Shown here: positions 49,741 to 58,614 of the stretch, one piece after another
How the letters are laid out: each line of letters begins with the position of its first letter
How positions within the stretch are numbered: position 1 is the stretch's first letter
DNA from: a virus
Length of the DNA stretch: 64,000 bases
IMG/VR virus record: IMGVR_UViG_3300043688_000007
Strand: one strand, 5' to 3'
Made by a program: the position numbers and the translations under genes
Notes under the pieces: model-generated
What the model saw: the letters and a program-made list of their open reading frames with translations, nothing else
The model's database searches: none
Told to the model about the DNA's origin: nothing

Positions 49741-50430
49741 TCACACATACTCCCTCAGCTGGAGCCCGAGATGGAACGTATACAGCGGAGGGATGGCTTG
49801 CGACATTTCATCGGTCGACATCCAGTCGATGCCCATCGCGTGGGCCCATATCTCGCGCTGCGTCTGGCCCTTGAAGTGTGAGCCATCACCGCGGCCATAC
49901 ACGTACACGATGCCGCGTCGGACCTCACTGCCCCGTCCGTTCGGCCGCTGGATGTAGCGGAGGTCCAGGTCTTGCCACGTATGCCAGCAAGGCACTCCCT
50001 CCAGCTCGCAGTTGCTCTCGAACAGCCTGTGCCGTTGGACGCGGAGCCCGAGCCCACTCCCGCAAATCTGCACCGGCTTGATCATCGGAGCGCCGGGCAC
50101 GTTCTCAATGATGTACGGCAGCCCAGTCTCCTCAAACACCCAGCGCGTGTATTCAACCAGCTTCGGGTGCGCCTTCGTGGTGAGCGTCTTCGAGATGCTG
50201 TAGCCCTTGCACGGAGGGCTCCCAGCGATGGCGTCGAAGTTGCGCCCGATCCGCGCAATCTGCTTGTCGCTGAGCTTCGTGATGTCATACTGGTAGAATC
50301 GCTTGGGCCAAGGGAAGCTGGGCTGCGGCTCGATGTCGGACCCCCACACCTCGAATCCTGCCATATGGTAGCCCATCGAGGTGCCACCTGCCTTACAGCA
50401 CCAGTCGAGCAATTTAAGCCGTCGCCTCAT
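49741..50430 (-). CDS. Compact DNA (cytosine-5)-methyltransferase
   Basis: Motif I-like CCKAGGTSMGY, motif IV GSPPCKGYS, motif VI IIENVPG, motif VIII RVQRHRLF, motif X-like MSQAIPP. Only 229 aa, so the target-recognition domain is very short. Confidence 0.8.
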   Translation of the reverse strand: MRRRLKLLDWCCKAGGTSMGYHMAGFEVWGSDIEPQPSFPWPKRFYQYDITKLSDKQIARIGRNFDAIAGSPPCKGYSISKTLTTKAHPKLVEYTRWVFEETGLPYIIENVPGAPMIKPVQICGSGLGLRVQRHRLFESNCELEGVPCWHTWQDLDLRYIQRPNGRGSEVRRGIVYVYGRGDGSHFKGQTQREIWAHAMGIDWMSTDEMSQAIPPLYTFHLGLQLREYV

Positions 50431-50435
50431 ACCCC

Positions 50436-50464
50436 TAGTCTACCGCGTCCGCGTCCGCTATACT
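50436..50464. promoter_or_regulatory. Symmetric back-to-back promoter pair for two apparently leaderless genes
   Basis: + strand: TAGTCT-N17-TATACT, then 6 nt, then ATG 50471. - strand: TAGTAT-N17-TAGACT, then 6 nt, then ATG 50430. Confidence 0.5.
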
Positions 50465-50470
50465 AGCGCT

Positions 50471-50755
50471 ATGCCACCTTCACAAGCAGCAGGCCCGGGG
50501 CCATCTCTGCCTCAGATCAACGCCATGATCGCCGCCGCGCGGAGCTACATCCATTTCACTACGCCACCTGCGAGCGGACACAATGATCACCAGGTCCTAT
50601 TCTGGGCCGTCGGCAGTGACAATGCCACGGTGGTTCCGTATATCGCCAGCACTGATGATGCCAAGACGGTCATCCCGGCCAATTCCGTCTCTGCCGACTA
50701 CATCATCCTCAACCCATACAGCGAGTGCGAAATCTGCGTTAGGCCACCACAATGA
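50471..50755 (+). CDS. Hypothetical protein (94 aa)
   Basis: ATG 6 nt after the TATACT box. ATGA overlap with the next gene. Confidence 0.5.
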   Translation: MPPSQAAGPGPSLPQINAMIAAARSYIHFTTPPASGHNDHQVLFWAVGSDNATVVPYIASTDDAKTVIPANSVSADYIILNPYSECEICVRPPQ

Positions 50756-51333
50756 CGCCATGGCTCGATATAGCCAATAACGCTATCGACGCATACCGAG
50801 CTCAGCAGCAGGCTCCCGAGCTAGCTGTGCTACTCGCGTTCATAGACTCTACAGAGCCCAGGTCCGTTCTCGAAATTGGATCAGCAGACGGAGGGCTCGC
50901 CTGGGCCATCATGCAGATTGCGTCGGTATCAATGCTCGTAACGATCGACAAGACGGTAACTAGAGGGCATCAGCAAGTATGCGATCTTTTCCCCGCTCGG
51001 ATTCTGGCTATCTATGGAGACTCCACGGACGAGAAGATCATCCACCATGCAATGGCAGAGGGCGATTACGATGTCGTGATCATCGACGGAGGTCATGATT
51101 GGAGGACGGCATCATCAGACTGGAATAGCTACGCATCAATGGCCAAGTCAGGAGGGCTGGTAGTAGTCCATGACACGCAAGGGTATCACAACTTCAGGGA
51201 CTTTGATGTTCCTACGATGTGGGCGACTGTCAGGAAGCGAGCTAAGTCAGTGGACCTGGTATCAATGCCGGGGGTCGAAGCAGGCACCGGCATTGTATGG
51301 GCTGGTGAAGGCGAATGGTGGGATGTTCTATGA
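50752..51333 (+). CDS. Class I SAM-dependent methyltransferase (O-methyltransferase-like)
   Basis: SVLEIGSADGGLAWAI...VTIDK...IYGDSTD...YDVVIIDGGHDW pattern. Confidence 0.75.
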   Translation: MTPWLDIANNAIDAYRAQQQAPELAVLLAFIDSTEPRSVLEIGSADGGLAWAIMQIASVSMLVTIDKTVTRGHQQVCDLFPARILAIYGDSTDEKIIHHAMAEGDYDVVIIDGGHDWRTASSDWNSYASMAKSGGLVVVHDTQGYHNFRDFDVPTMWATVRKRAKSVDLVSMPGVEAGTGIVWAGEGEWWDVL

Positions 51334-51941
51334 GCAAGCATGAAGGCGTCATGATCGGCTACGTCAGGCCATTGATGGTTCATGGCGAATTCATGGAGGC
51401 TCTCTTCGTTGAGGCCAACCGAGCTAAGGCTAAGGTCCACGGCATGTGGTCCGAACCATACGTGGACGCCGCGCGGAACAGGGTTGTGGAGTTCTTCATG
51501 GCCAGCGACTGCGAATGGTTCCTCTCGGTCGATACCGACATCATCCTGCCTGACCTAGTGGTTCAGAGGCTAATGGCGCGGAGGCAGTCTCTTGTAGGCG
51601 CGCTCATCTATGTAGATGCAGACCCCATTTTCCCGCAGATATACAGCAAGATAGCTGACTTCGGATTCGGTGGGATGGGCCAGTACGTTGTCAATGAGGC
51701 GTGGAACCCCGGCGAGCTGGTCAAGGCTGACGCGACCGGCGCGGGGTGTCTGCTTATCCATCGCGAGGTATTCGACAAGATACCGGAGGGTTCGCAGTAT
51801 CGCTGGTTCGAGCACGAACGTGAAGGCCAGCAGATGTTTGGCGAAGACTTCACGTTCTGCCGAAGAGCGCGCCAGGTCGGCTTCCAGCTATACATAGACA
51901 CGGCGGTACATGCGAAGCATATCAAGACCAGGTATATCTAG
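51330..51941 (+). CDS. Family-2-like glycosyltransferase
   Basis: Start MSKHEG in ATGA overlap. FLSVDTDII (DxD) and GEDFTFCRRA (ED) motifs. Confidence 0.7.
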   Translation: MSKHEGVMIGYVRPLMVHGEFMEALFVEANRAKAKVHGMWSEPYVDAARNRVVEFFMASDCEWFLSVDTDIILPDLVVQRLMARRQSLVGALIYVDADPIFPQIYSKIADFGFGGMGQYVVNEAWNPGELVKADATGAGCLLIHREVFDKIPEGSQYRWFEHEREGQQMFGEDFTFCRRARQVGFQLYIDTAVHAKHIKTRYI

Positions 51942-51978
51942 CGCGCGGGCGCGATAACGCGCGGGCGTACAGGCTGCA

Positions 51979-52008
51979 CTAGACGGTCACGCTCGCGTAC
52001 GGTAGACT
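51979..52008 (+). promoter_or_regulatory. Promoter-like CTAGAC-N18-TAGACT with CGTACGG extended -10
   Basis: CACTAGACGGTCACGCTCGCGTACGGTAGACT, upstream of terS. Confidence 0.45.
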
Positions 52009-52108
52009 ACCCGTGTGCTGGTCCAGAAAACAGTGGTCCCGTTGCCCCCAAGCTTCAGACCGACTCTTGCCCTGGGCCAGCACACGGAGAGGAAGCCGGA
52101 GTAATTCC

Positions 52109-52627
52109 ATGCCAGCGCACACCAAACCTCCTGCCCGCCGTACGGGGGCAGGAACTGGACGAGGCGACGACCCACGCTTTATCAGGGTCAGTACCGGTGT
52201 TGCGTCTGACAAGAGCTTCCCAATACCCACTGCGGACCCGAAGTGGCACCCGAAGGCCAGGAGCTGGTACAACTCGCTCAGGCGTTCTGGCCACTCGCAG
52301 TGGTTTGAGCCGTCGGACTGGGCAACAGCTGTCGCTGCGGCTGACGCCTATAATGTGTTCCTACGGTCGTACAATGCTAGTATTCTAGCCCAGTTCGTTC
52401 GGCTCAGTGAGCGTCTTGGAGCGACACTCACTGATCGCAAGCGCAGCCGTATTGAGCTGGAGGAGCCCGTGCTGGAAGATGAGGATGAAAAAGCAGCTGA
52501 CGAGGCAGTCCAAGGATGGCAAGGCCGTCTGCATTCTGTCCAGTTAGCTATTACCGACCAGGTTGGCGAAACAGCCTGGCGTAAGGTGGTAGACGGGCAT
52601 GTCCAGCATTACAGCAGCAATTGTTAG
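52109..52627 (+). CDS. Terminase small subunit (actinophage type)
   Basis: Internal ATG after GGAGAGGAAG. KWHPKARSWYNSLRRSGHSQWFEPSDWATAV...LGATLTDRKRSRIELE pattern. Position before terL. Confidence 0.6.
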   Translation: MPAHTKPPARRTGAGTGRGDDPRFIRVSTGVASDKSFPIPTADPKWHPKARSWYNSLRRSGHSQWFEPSDWATAVAAADAYNVFLRSYNASILAQFVRLSERLGATLTDRKRSRIELEEPVLEDEDEKAADEAVQGWQGRLHSVQLAITDQVGETAWRKVVDGHVQHYSSNC

Positions 52628-52768
52628 CGTAACTCGAAATTCCACGGGAACTGTCACCTAGCACGCCCTTCACTGTGCATAAGTGAGGTTATCGAACTAG
52701 CCTAACTTGTACCGTGGGGGTACTGCGTGCTTAGCGTGTTCTGGGGCGATTCGTTTATTCAGTGCGTC

Positions 52769-52900
52769 ATGGTCGCATATGGCACCTTGATGCTGTTTTC
52801 GTTCTCGATATTCTTTGGCCTGGGCATACTTCTCGCGCGCTACTTCAAGCCGCGCGGAGAACATCGTTTGTGCCGTGTTGATCGTTGGGGTGACCGCTGA
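52769..52900 (+). CDS. Candidate 43-aa hydrophobic peptide between terS and terL
   Basis: MVAYGTLMLFSFSIFFGLGILLARYFKPRGEHRLCRVDRWGDR. TGATG overlap with the terL start (GTG at 52727 also possible). A mirror ORF exists on the - strand. Confidence 0.35.
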   Translation: MVAYGTLMLFSFSIFFGLGILLARYFKPRGEHRLCRVDRWGDR

Positions 52901-54561
52901 TGGCACCCCACAGCACAGTCGCGCCCCGCGACCGTACCGTGACAATACCGGACGGTATTCCCAAGTTGACTCTCGGCTGGGAAGCCATTCATTGGGCATC
53001 CAAGTATCTAAGGCAGCCAGATGGTCCTAACACTGGTGAGCGGTGGGAGTTCATTGAGAGTCAGGTACGTTTCATTCTGTGGTGGTACGCTCTCGATGAT
53101 CGCGGCAGATGGCTTTTTTATCATGGTGTCCGTCGATACCCCAAAGGCGCGGGTAAGAGTCCTTTTGCCGCTGTCCTATCCCTGATCGAGCTATTGGCAC
53201 CAGTACGCCTCAAGGACTTCGACAAGCGGGTCATAGGAGGATGTGTTGGTCGGCCAGTGGGTATGCCCTTGGTGCAAATTGCAGCAACAAGCCACGATCA
53301 GGCTAATGTCAATACGATGCGGATGGTGCGTGCGCTCCTCCCACCCAAATCACGGATACGTGGTGATTATGACGTTGAGACTGGGAAGACTGTTTTCCAC
53401 ATCCCCGGTGGCGGACAGCTCATGGTCATCACTTCAAGTCCTGTATCAGAAGAGGGCGCGCTCGTAACATTCGCAATCCTTGACCAGACAGAGAGCTTCT
53501 ACCCTGTTAATGGTGGTGTCGCGCTCGCGGAGGTTCTCGACCGTAACGTCGGCAAGTCAGGTTCACGACTACTGGAGACGAGTAATGCCTGGACTCCCGG
53601 TCTGGAATCAGTTGCAGAGAATACCTTTGACGCCTGGGTCGCTCAAGAAGAGGGCAGACTACGCGGTCGCGGACGTATCCTCTATGATAGCAGGATGGCT
53701 CCACCAGACATTGACTTCGAGGACGACGAATCAATCCTCAGAGGTGTACAGTATGCTTATGGCGATGCATTTTGGGTTGATGCCGACGACATCGTCCAGA
53801 ACCGCATCCTCAGCCCAAAAAATCCGCTCGATGTTTCTAAGCGGTATTATCTGAACTGGCCTGAGGCCGCAGAGGATGCTTGGTGTACACAGCAGCAGTG
53901 GTCGAAGATGGCGGACCCTGCGTTCTACATCGAGGACGGCTCCGACATTACAATGGGCTTCGACGGTAGCCGAGTCAATGACGCTACGGCCTTGATAGGA
54001 TGTCATGTCAAGACAGGCTTCACGTTCAGCCTAGGCATCTGGGAGACTGATGATGGCCGGGTGCCGATTCCCGTATATGAGGTCGACGCGGCAGTCAAGG
54101 CAGCCAAGGAGCGGTGGAACGTCGTTGCGTTCTTCGCCGATGTCAACGAGTGGGAAGAGCACACCAAGATAACCTGGCGAGATATGTTTGAGGAAGACTT
54201 GCCAGTCTGGTCGGTCCCCGCAGGACGCGACCCTCAGCCCGTGGCCTGGGATATGCGCTCGCACATCGCGGAGTTTACCATGGCGTGCGAAATGGTGCTA
54301 GGCGAGATTGAGAGCGGGACGTTTGTGCACGACGGCGACAGCTTCCTCGGTCGCCATGTTACGAACGCTCGGCGACGCCCCAATAGGTGGGGAACCAGTA
54401 TCGCCAAGGAGAGCCCGAAGTCATCACGCAAGATTGACGCGTGTGTGGCGATGATAATGGCCCGCCACGCGCGGAGGCTGGCCCTATCGAGCAAGACGCT
54501 CAAGGAACAGCAGAAGGAAGCTGAGCGCGTTCACAAGCGAGTTGTCTGGAGCTTCTCATGA
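52900..54561 (+). CDS. Terminase large subunit
   Basis: 553 aa. Walker A-like RRYPKGAGKSPFAA. Typical order terS-terL-portal. Confidence 0.9.
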   Translation: MAPHSTVAPRDRTVTIPDGIPKLTLGWEAIHWASKYLRQPDGPNTGERWEFIESQVRFILWWYALDDRGRWLFYHGVRRYPKGAGKSPFAAVLSLIELLAPVRLKDFDKRVIGGCVGRPVGMPLVQIAATSHDQANVNTMRMVRALLPPKSRIRGDYDVETGKTVFHIPGGGQLMVITSSPVSEEGALVTFAILDQTESFYPVNGGVALAEVLDRNVGKSGSRLLETSNAWTPGLESVAENTFDAWVAQEEGRLRGRGRILYDSRMAPPDIDFEDDESILRGVQYAYGDAFWVDADDIVQNRILSPKNPLDVSKRYYLNWPEAAEDAWCTQQQWSKMADPAFYIEDGSDITMGFDGSRVNDATALIGCHVKTGFTFSLGIWETDDGRVPIPVYEVDAAVKAAKERWNVVAFFADVNEWEEHTKITWRDMFEEDLPVWSVPAGRDPQPVAWDMRSHIAEFTMACEMVLGEIESGTFVHDGDSFLGRHVTNARRRPNRWGTSIAKESPKSSRKIDACVAMIMARHARRLALSSKTLKEQQKEAERVHKRVVWSFS

Positions 54562-56186
54562 TAGTCGACCTTGCGGATGTGACCGAACTCGGTCAGCAGA
54601 TGCTACAGCTCCGAGCAATGGAGCAGACAAGACTTGACAAGATTGCCCGCTACATGCGCGGAAAGCATCAGCAGCCGTACGCGCCCAAGGGAGTCAATGC
54701 TGAGTATCGTTGGATCATGTCGAAGGCCAAGCGCAACTTTCTGCCGCTTGTGGTATCCGTGATCTCGGAGAACTTGCACGTAGATGGTTACAAGCCATCC
54801 GGCACCACGACTGTCGAGACGGCATCCAGTACTGATCCCGACGACGCCTGGGATGCGTTCCGCGCGAACCGTATGATCTCTCGTCAGCACGGTGTTCACC
54901 GGTCTGTTTGCAAGTATGGCTCGGCTTACACCGTGGTTCTCCCGGGCACGATGGCACGGGATGAAGAGCTGGAGGCTGACGATGTGCCAGTTATGCGTCC
55001 GGTTAGTCCTCGGCGGATGACAGCCTTCTACGCCGATGACATTGACGACGAATGGCCGCAGGTGGCTATTGAGGTCCGCGTCACCGGTAACCCGATGCAG
55101 TATAACGAACAGCGCGTGATAGTGACGCTCTACGATGATATGACTCGTTACATCCTTGTTAGCAATACGACTGGCGTTGTGTCGAATGTCCAGCAGATTA
55201 GTCTTCGGATAGCTGACCCCAGCGATCCGTTCATCAATGGCCAGGCCCCCATCATGAACCACGGGCTTGGAGTTTGCCCTGTCGTCCGCTTCCTGTATGA
55301 GGCCGACCTCGATGGCGAGACTGACTGCTCGGGCGAGGTCGAGCCGCTCATCCCAGTTCAGGACCAGATCAACGCTACAACGTTCAATCTAATGATGGCC
55401 GAGCAATACCAAGCATTCAAGCAGCGTTGGGTCACTGGTATGGCCCCGTCAGACGAGTCAGGCCGTCCCAAGCCTCCATTCCAGCCCGGTGTCGACAGAG
55501 TGTGGGCAGCCGAGGACGCGGCAACCAAGTTTGGAGAATTCACCGAGACGCACCTACAGCCATATATCGACAGCCGCGAAGCCGGTATCAGGCACATGTC
55601 AACAATCTCCCAGGTTCCTCCGTACCACCTACTGGGCCAGATTGCAAACCTATCAGCCGAAGCGCTGGCCGCCGCGCGGGATGGACTTGACCGTAAGATC
55701 GAGGAACTCCAGGCAATCCTGACTGATCCATGGCGGAACTGCTTCCGGCTTAATGCGCTAGCTTCAGGCGACAAGAAGGGATGGAATGATCTCAATGGAG
55801 AAGTCGTCTGGCGTGACACCTCGGCTCGCGCCTTCAGCGCAACTATTGACGGCCTTGGCAAGGCTGCTCAAATGCTTGGCATCCCTGTTGAGGAGCTATG
55901 GCGACTCATTCCGGGCGCAACCGCAGACGATGTCAATGCTTGGGTGCGTGCAAAGCAGGAGTACACCGCGAAGGATGTCGTCAAGGATGCTGTCGCCGCA
56001 GCTATGCAGAGTCAGCCTCAGTACGCCAACGTTCAGCAGCAGGTCGGCGGAGGTTCCGGCGGTGGCGGTGTTCAGACGTCAGTTCCCGTACAGGTGCCGG
56101 CTGGGACAGTTGGCAAGGTAATCGGGACGAACAAGGCCAAGGAGAGCAAGCTGGCTACGGGTGGCGGTGGCGTGAATGTCCATTGA
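54558..56186 (+). CDS. Portal protein (SPP1 gp6-like)
   Basis: 542 aa. ATGA overlap with terL. Composition and position typical of portals. Confidence 0.85.
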   Translation: MIVDLADVTELGQQMLQLRAMEQTRLDKIARYMRGKHQQPYAPKGVNAEYRWIMSKAKRNFLPLVVSVISENLHVDGYKPSGTTTVETASSTDPDDAWDAFRANRMISRQHGVHRSVCKYGSAYTVVLPGTMARDEELEADDVPVMRPVSPRRMTAFYADDIDDEWPQVAIEVRVTGNPMQYNEQRVIVTLYDDMTRYILVSNTTGVVSNVQQISLRIADPSDPFINGQAPIMNHGLGVCPVVRFLYEADLDGETDCSGEVEPLIPVQDQINATTFNLMMAEQYQAFKQRWVTGMAPSDESGRPKPPFQPGVDRVWAAEDAATKFGEFTETHLQPYIDSREAGIRHMSTISQVPPYHLLGQIANLSAEALAAARDGLDRKIEELQAILTDPWRNCFRLNALASGDKKGWNDLNGEVVWRDTSARAFSATIDGLGKAAQMLGIPVEELWRLIPGATADDVNAWVRAKQEYTAKDVVKDAVAAAMQSQPQYANVQQQVGGGSGGGGVQTSVPVQVPAGTVGKVIGTNKAKESKLATGGGGVNVH

Positions 56187-57081
56187 TACGACTTTCGACC
56201 GCCGACCGCAAACAGACCGGGACGCGATTAGGGGCCGCGAAAAGGCCGACCCTACCCGAGTTAGCCGAAACCGTAGTTCAAAGCCTCAGCGTGCCAGCCG
56301 TTTCGTATTCAGTGGCACGTCCGGTCCTCTCGCCGCTATCTCGCCCGACCCACCACTAGCACTAGATGCACACTTCGAGGCTGATCAGGGATCAGTCAGC
56401 GATTACGTCAAGAACGCCATCCGGGCGATGTGGGATGCGCATATAGACCCCGAGCGGTTTTCGGCAAGCTGGAAGGATCTTGGGCCGATCATCAAGATCC
56501 TTATTGCCCAGGCATATGCAGGCAGTGCCGCGAACGCTGCGGAGTATTATCGCAATCTACATGTAGTGCACGGCCTCGACTATCCAGTGGTGCGGCCTGC
56601 TGGGTTCGGGGCCGCGCACCTCAACCGGATGGCTGGTTCCGTTGCAAACGGGACCTTCTACCATCACCTGAACACGAAGGGAGAGGAACCGGGCATGGCA
56701 TCGGAAGTAGCGCGCAACACAATGTCCGGTGCCGGTGCCCGGTTCGCCCTGAACGGCGCGCGGAATACGATCACTGGCGCCGTCGCTCGGGACCCTGATG
56801 CACTAGGCTGGGAACGGCTACTCTGTCCTGGTGCGTGTTCATATTGCGCTAGTCAGGCAGCGAAGGGTCCATTCAAGCCTGGCAACACCAGCTTCCGCGC
56901 GCACGACTACTGTAGCTGTCTCGCTAAACCTGTGTTGCGCGGAGCTAACGATAGGCCGAACGCAGAACTGCGAGACCAGTGGAACCGCATAACAGAAACA
57001 TTCACCGGCAAGGAAGCGAGAGCTGCCTGGGACAAGTACTGGAGAGAACATGGCCGGGACGACGAAGACACCTCACACTGA
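56176..57081 (+). CDS. MuF-like minor capsid / head morphogenesis protein
   Basis: Follows the portal. C-terminal W-x-R...CPGACSYCAS...RAHDYCSCLAKPV Cys/His motif is typical of gp7/MuF-like proteins. Confidence 0.65.
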   Translation: MSIDTTFDRRPQTDRDAIRGREKADPTRVSRNRSSKPQRASRFVFSGTSGPLAAISPDPPLALDAHFEADQGSVSDYVKNAIRAMWDAHIDPERFSASWKDLGPIIKILIAQAYAGSAANAAEYYRNLHVVHGLDYPVVRPAGFGAAHLNRMAGSVANGTFYHHLNTKGEEPGMASEVARNTMSGAGARFALNGARNTITGAVARDPDALGWERLLCPGACSYCASQAAKGPFKPGNTSFRAHDYCSCLAKPVLRGANDRPNAELRDQWNRITETFTGKEARAAWDKYWREHGRDDEDTSH

Positions 57082-57316
57082 GACAGCGGCAGGACGCCGA
57101 GAGGCTGCTGCGAAAGGCGCGGCTCTACCGAGCAAGAGCGGTGGGGCTCCGCGTTATCCAACGCCGAACAGGGCGTACCTAGCCAAGGCCATCAAGGCCG
57201 TTGGCCGGGGAAAGGGTGATCACGCCACTATCCGGCGCTACCTGATCCGTCGTGCCAAGGCCCTGGGCGCCATGGACATGATACCCGACAGCTGGAAGTC
57301 AGATGGGAGTAACTGA
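57050..57316 (+). CDS. Hypothetical head-module protein
   Basis: PRYPTPNRAYLAKAIKAVGRGKGDHATIRRYLIRRAKALGAMDMIPDSW is a motif common in actinophage head modules (from memory). Confidence 0.5.
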   Translation: MAGTTKTPHTETAAGRREAAAKGAALPSKSGGAPRYPTPNRAYLAKAIKAVGRGKGDHATIRRYLIRRAKALGAMDMIPDSWKSDGSN

Positions 57317-57328
57317 TGGGAGGAACTG

Positions 57329-57532
57329 ATGGCGACTAGCCAGAGCAAGAGCAAGACCAAGCAGCAGGCCCAAGAGGCCAAGTCCGACGACAACGATGAT
57401 GACGAGGACGAGGAGGACGACAACGACGAGGACGACACCAGCAATATGACCCCAGCGGAGAAGCGTGAAGCAGCATTCCGGCAGCTGCTCTCGCGAAGGA
57501 AGGGAGCCAAGAAGTTATGGCAGCTCAAGTAG
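57329..57532 (+). CDS. Highly acidic small protein
   Basis: DDNDDDEDEEDDNDEDD run. 67 aa. Confidence 0.5.
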   Translation: MATSQSKSKTKQQAQEAKSDDNDDDEDEEDDNDEDDTSNMTPAEKREAAFRQLLSRRKGAKKLWQLK

Positions 57533-57768
57533 GTGCCGATTACACATATCAGCCACAGCATGGATCTGGCTTTGGGCACAATGCGCTCGGCCAGCCGCTG
57601 AGCGCGGAGATGATCGAGCTGGACCTGAAACCGGGTACCCCAGTGACGGTCCACTCCCTTGACGAGGACTCCGGCTGGCCCATCGTCGAATGGACAGACG
57701 ATAAGGGCCTGGGCCGGATGACTACGATCGAGCCGACAGAATTCGACAACGACTTCGCACCTGTTTAG
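57517..57768 (+). CDS. Hypothetical protein
   Basis: 83 aa. Overlaps the previous gene by 16 nt. Confidence 0.5.
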   Translation: MAAQVGADYTYQPQHGSGFGHNALGQPLSAEMIELDLKPGTPVTVHSLDEDSGWPIVEWTDDKGLGRMTTIEPTEFDNDFAPV

Positions 57769-57776
57769 GAGGAACA

Positions 57777-58241
57777 ATGGCACTTCTATCAGCTGGCCAA
57801 CTATTCCAGTACGCGGAACAGCAGGCCCTCAACGCTGTATTCCTGAAGGCACAAAGTCCTGCTGCCGCAGCCACGTATATGGCGCTTGACACGTCGGCTA
57901 CGTCCGGTGTGCTCAACTCGACGGCCACTACCATGGCAGACGCATCCATTCACGAGTACGCTACCGCGAGCGGGTACGCGCGTCAGAGCTATGGCCCCGT
58001 TAGCGCTACGGCAGCCAGCCCATCGCTGATCTACAATACCGGCATCCTAACCTGGGGTCCGTTCACGTCCGCGCCCGGCACATGCAACTGGGGCATTTGC
58101 TGCACGCTGGCAAGCGGTACGGCCGCGAACACCATCGCCGCCTTCCTGCTAGCGTCGAGCCGTACCCCGGCCATCGGCGACTCGCTCCAGGCTGCGGCTG
58201 GTACTGGTTCGGCGGGTGTGGGCTTCCTCTGCCAGGTCTAG
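57777..58241 (+). CDS. Hypothetical structural-module protein
   Basis: GGAGGAACA RBS. YMALDTSATSG...EYATASGYARQSY resembles a family seen near phage fiber genes (weak recall). Confidence 0.5.
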   Translation: MALLSAGQLFQYAEQQALNAVFLKAQSPAAAATYMALDTSATSGVLNSTATTMADASIHEYATASGYARQSYGPVSATAASPSLIYNTGILTWGPFTSAPGTCNWGICCTLASGTAANTIAAFLLASSRTPAIGDSLQAAAGTGSAGVGFLCQV

Positions 58242-58538
58242 ATGGCGACCATCGATATAGGTCTGGCGATCCCAGACCTCAAGATATTCGCCACCTATCC
58301 ATGCAGCGCTGTGGTGGCCCCGCCGGCACACGGTTTCGCGATTGAGTGTGGGGCCACCCCGGCTAGCATGTACCGGCGTTATTGCACGACGCCGAGTCAC
58401 GAGCGCGTGATCTGGCTGTGCCCGGTGCATGCATCGGTCGTTGCTGCCAACGCATCAATCTGTCGCGAGTGCGCGGAGATGGGAGGCGTGAGTCCTGTAA
58501 TGTTGTTCCGCCTAACAGAGCCAGTTAGGATTCCGTAA
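58242..58538 (+). CDS. Hypothetical Cys-rich protein
   Basis: 98 aa. Start directly abuts the upstream stop. Confidence 0.5.
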   Translation: MATIDIGLAIPDLKIFATYPCSAVVAPPAHGFAIECGATPASMYRRYCTTPSHERVIWLCPVHASVVAANASICRECAEMGGVSPVMLFRLTEPVRIP

Positions 58539-58614
58539 TTCTGGGAGGAGGTGAGAGCCAGTGGCATACACAATTACCGCGACTAACTCTGATGGTTCCG
58601 GTTAGGTTGCCGAA

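Noticed and set aside
52697-52999. 100-aa - strand ORF in the terS-terL gap
   Set aside because: It is the charged mirror image of the hydrophobic + strand micro-ORF, runs against the late operon, overlaps the terL start and has no RBS. The + strand ORF is preferred, itself only tentatively.
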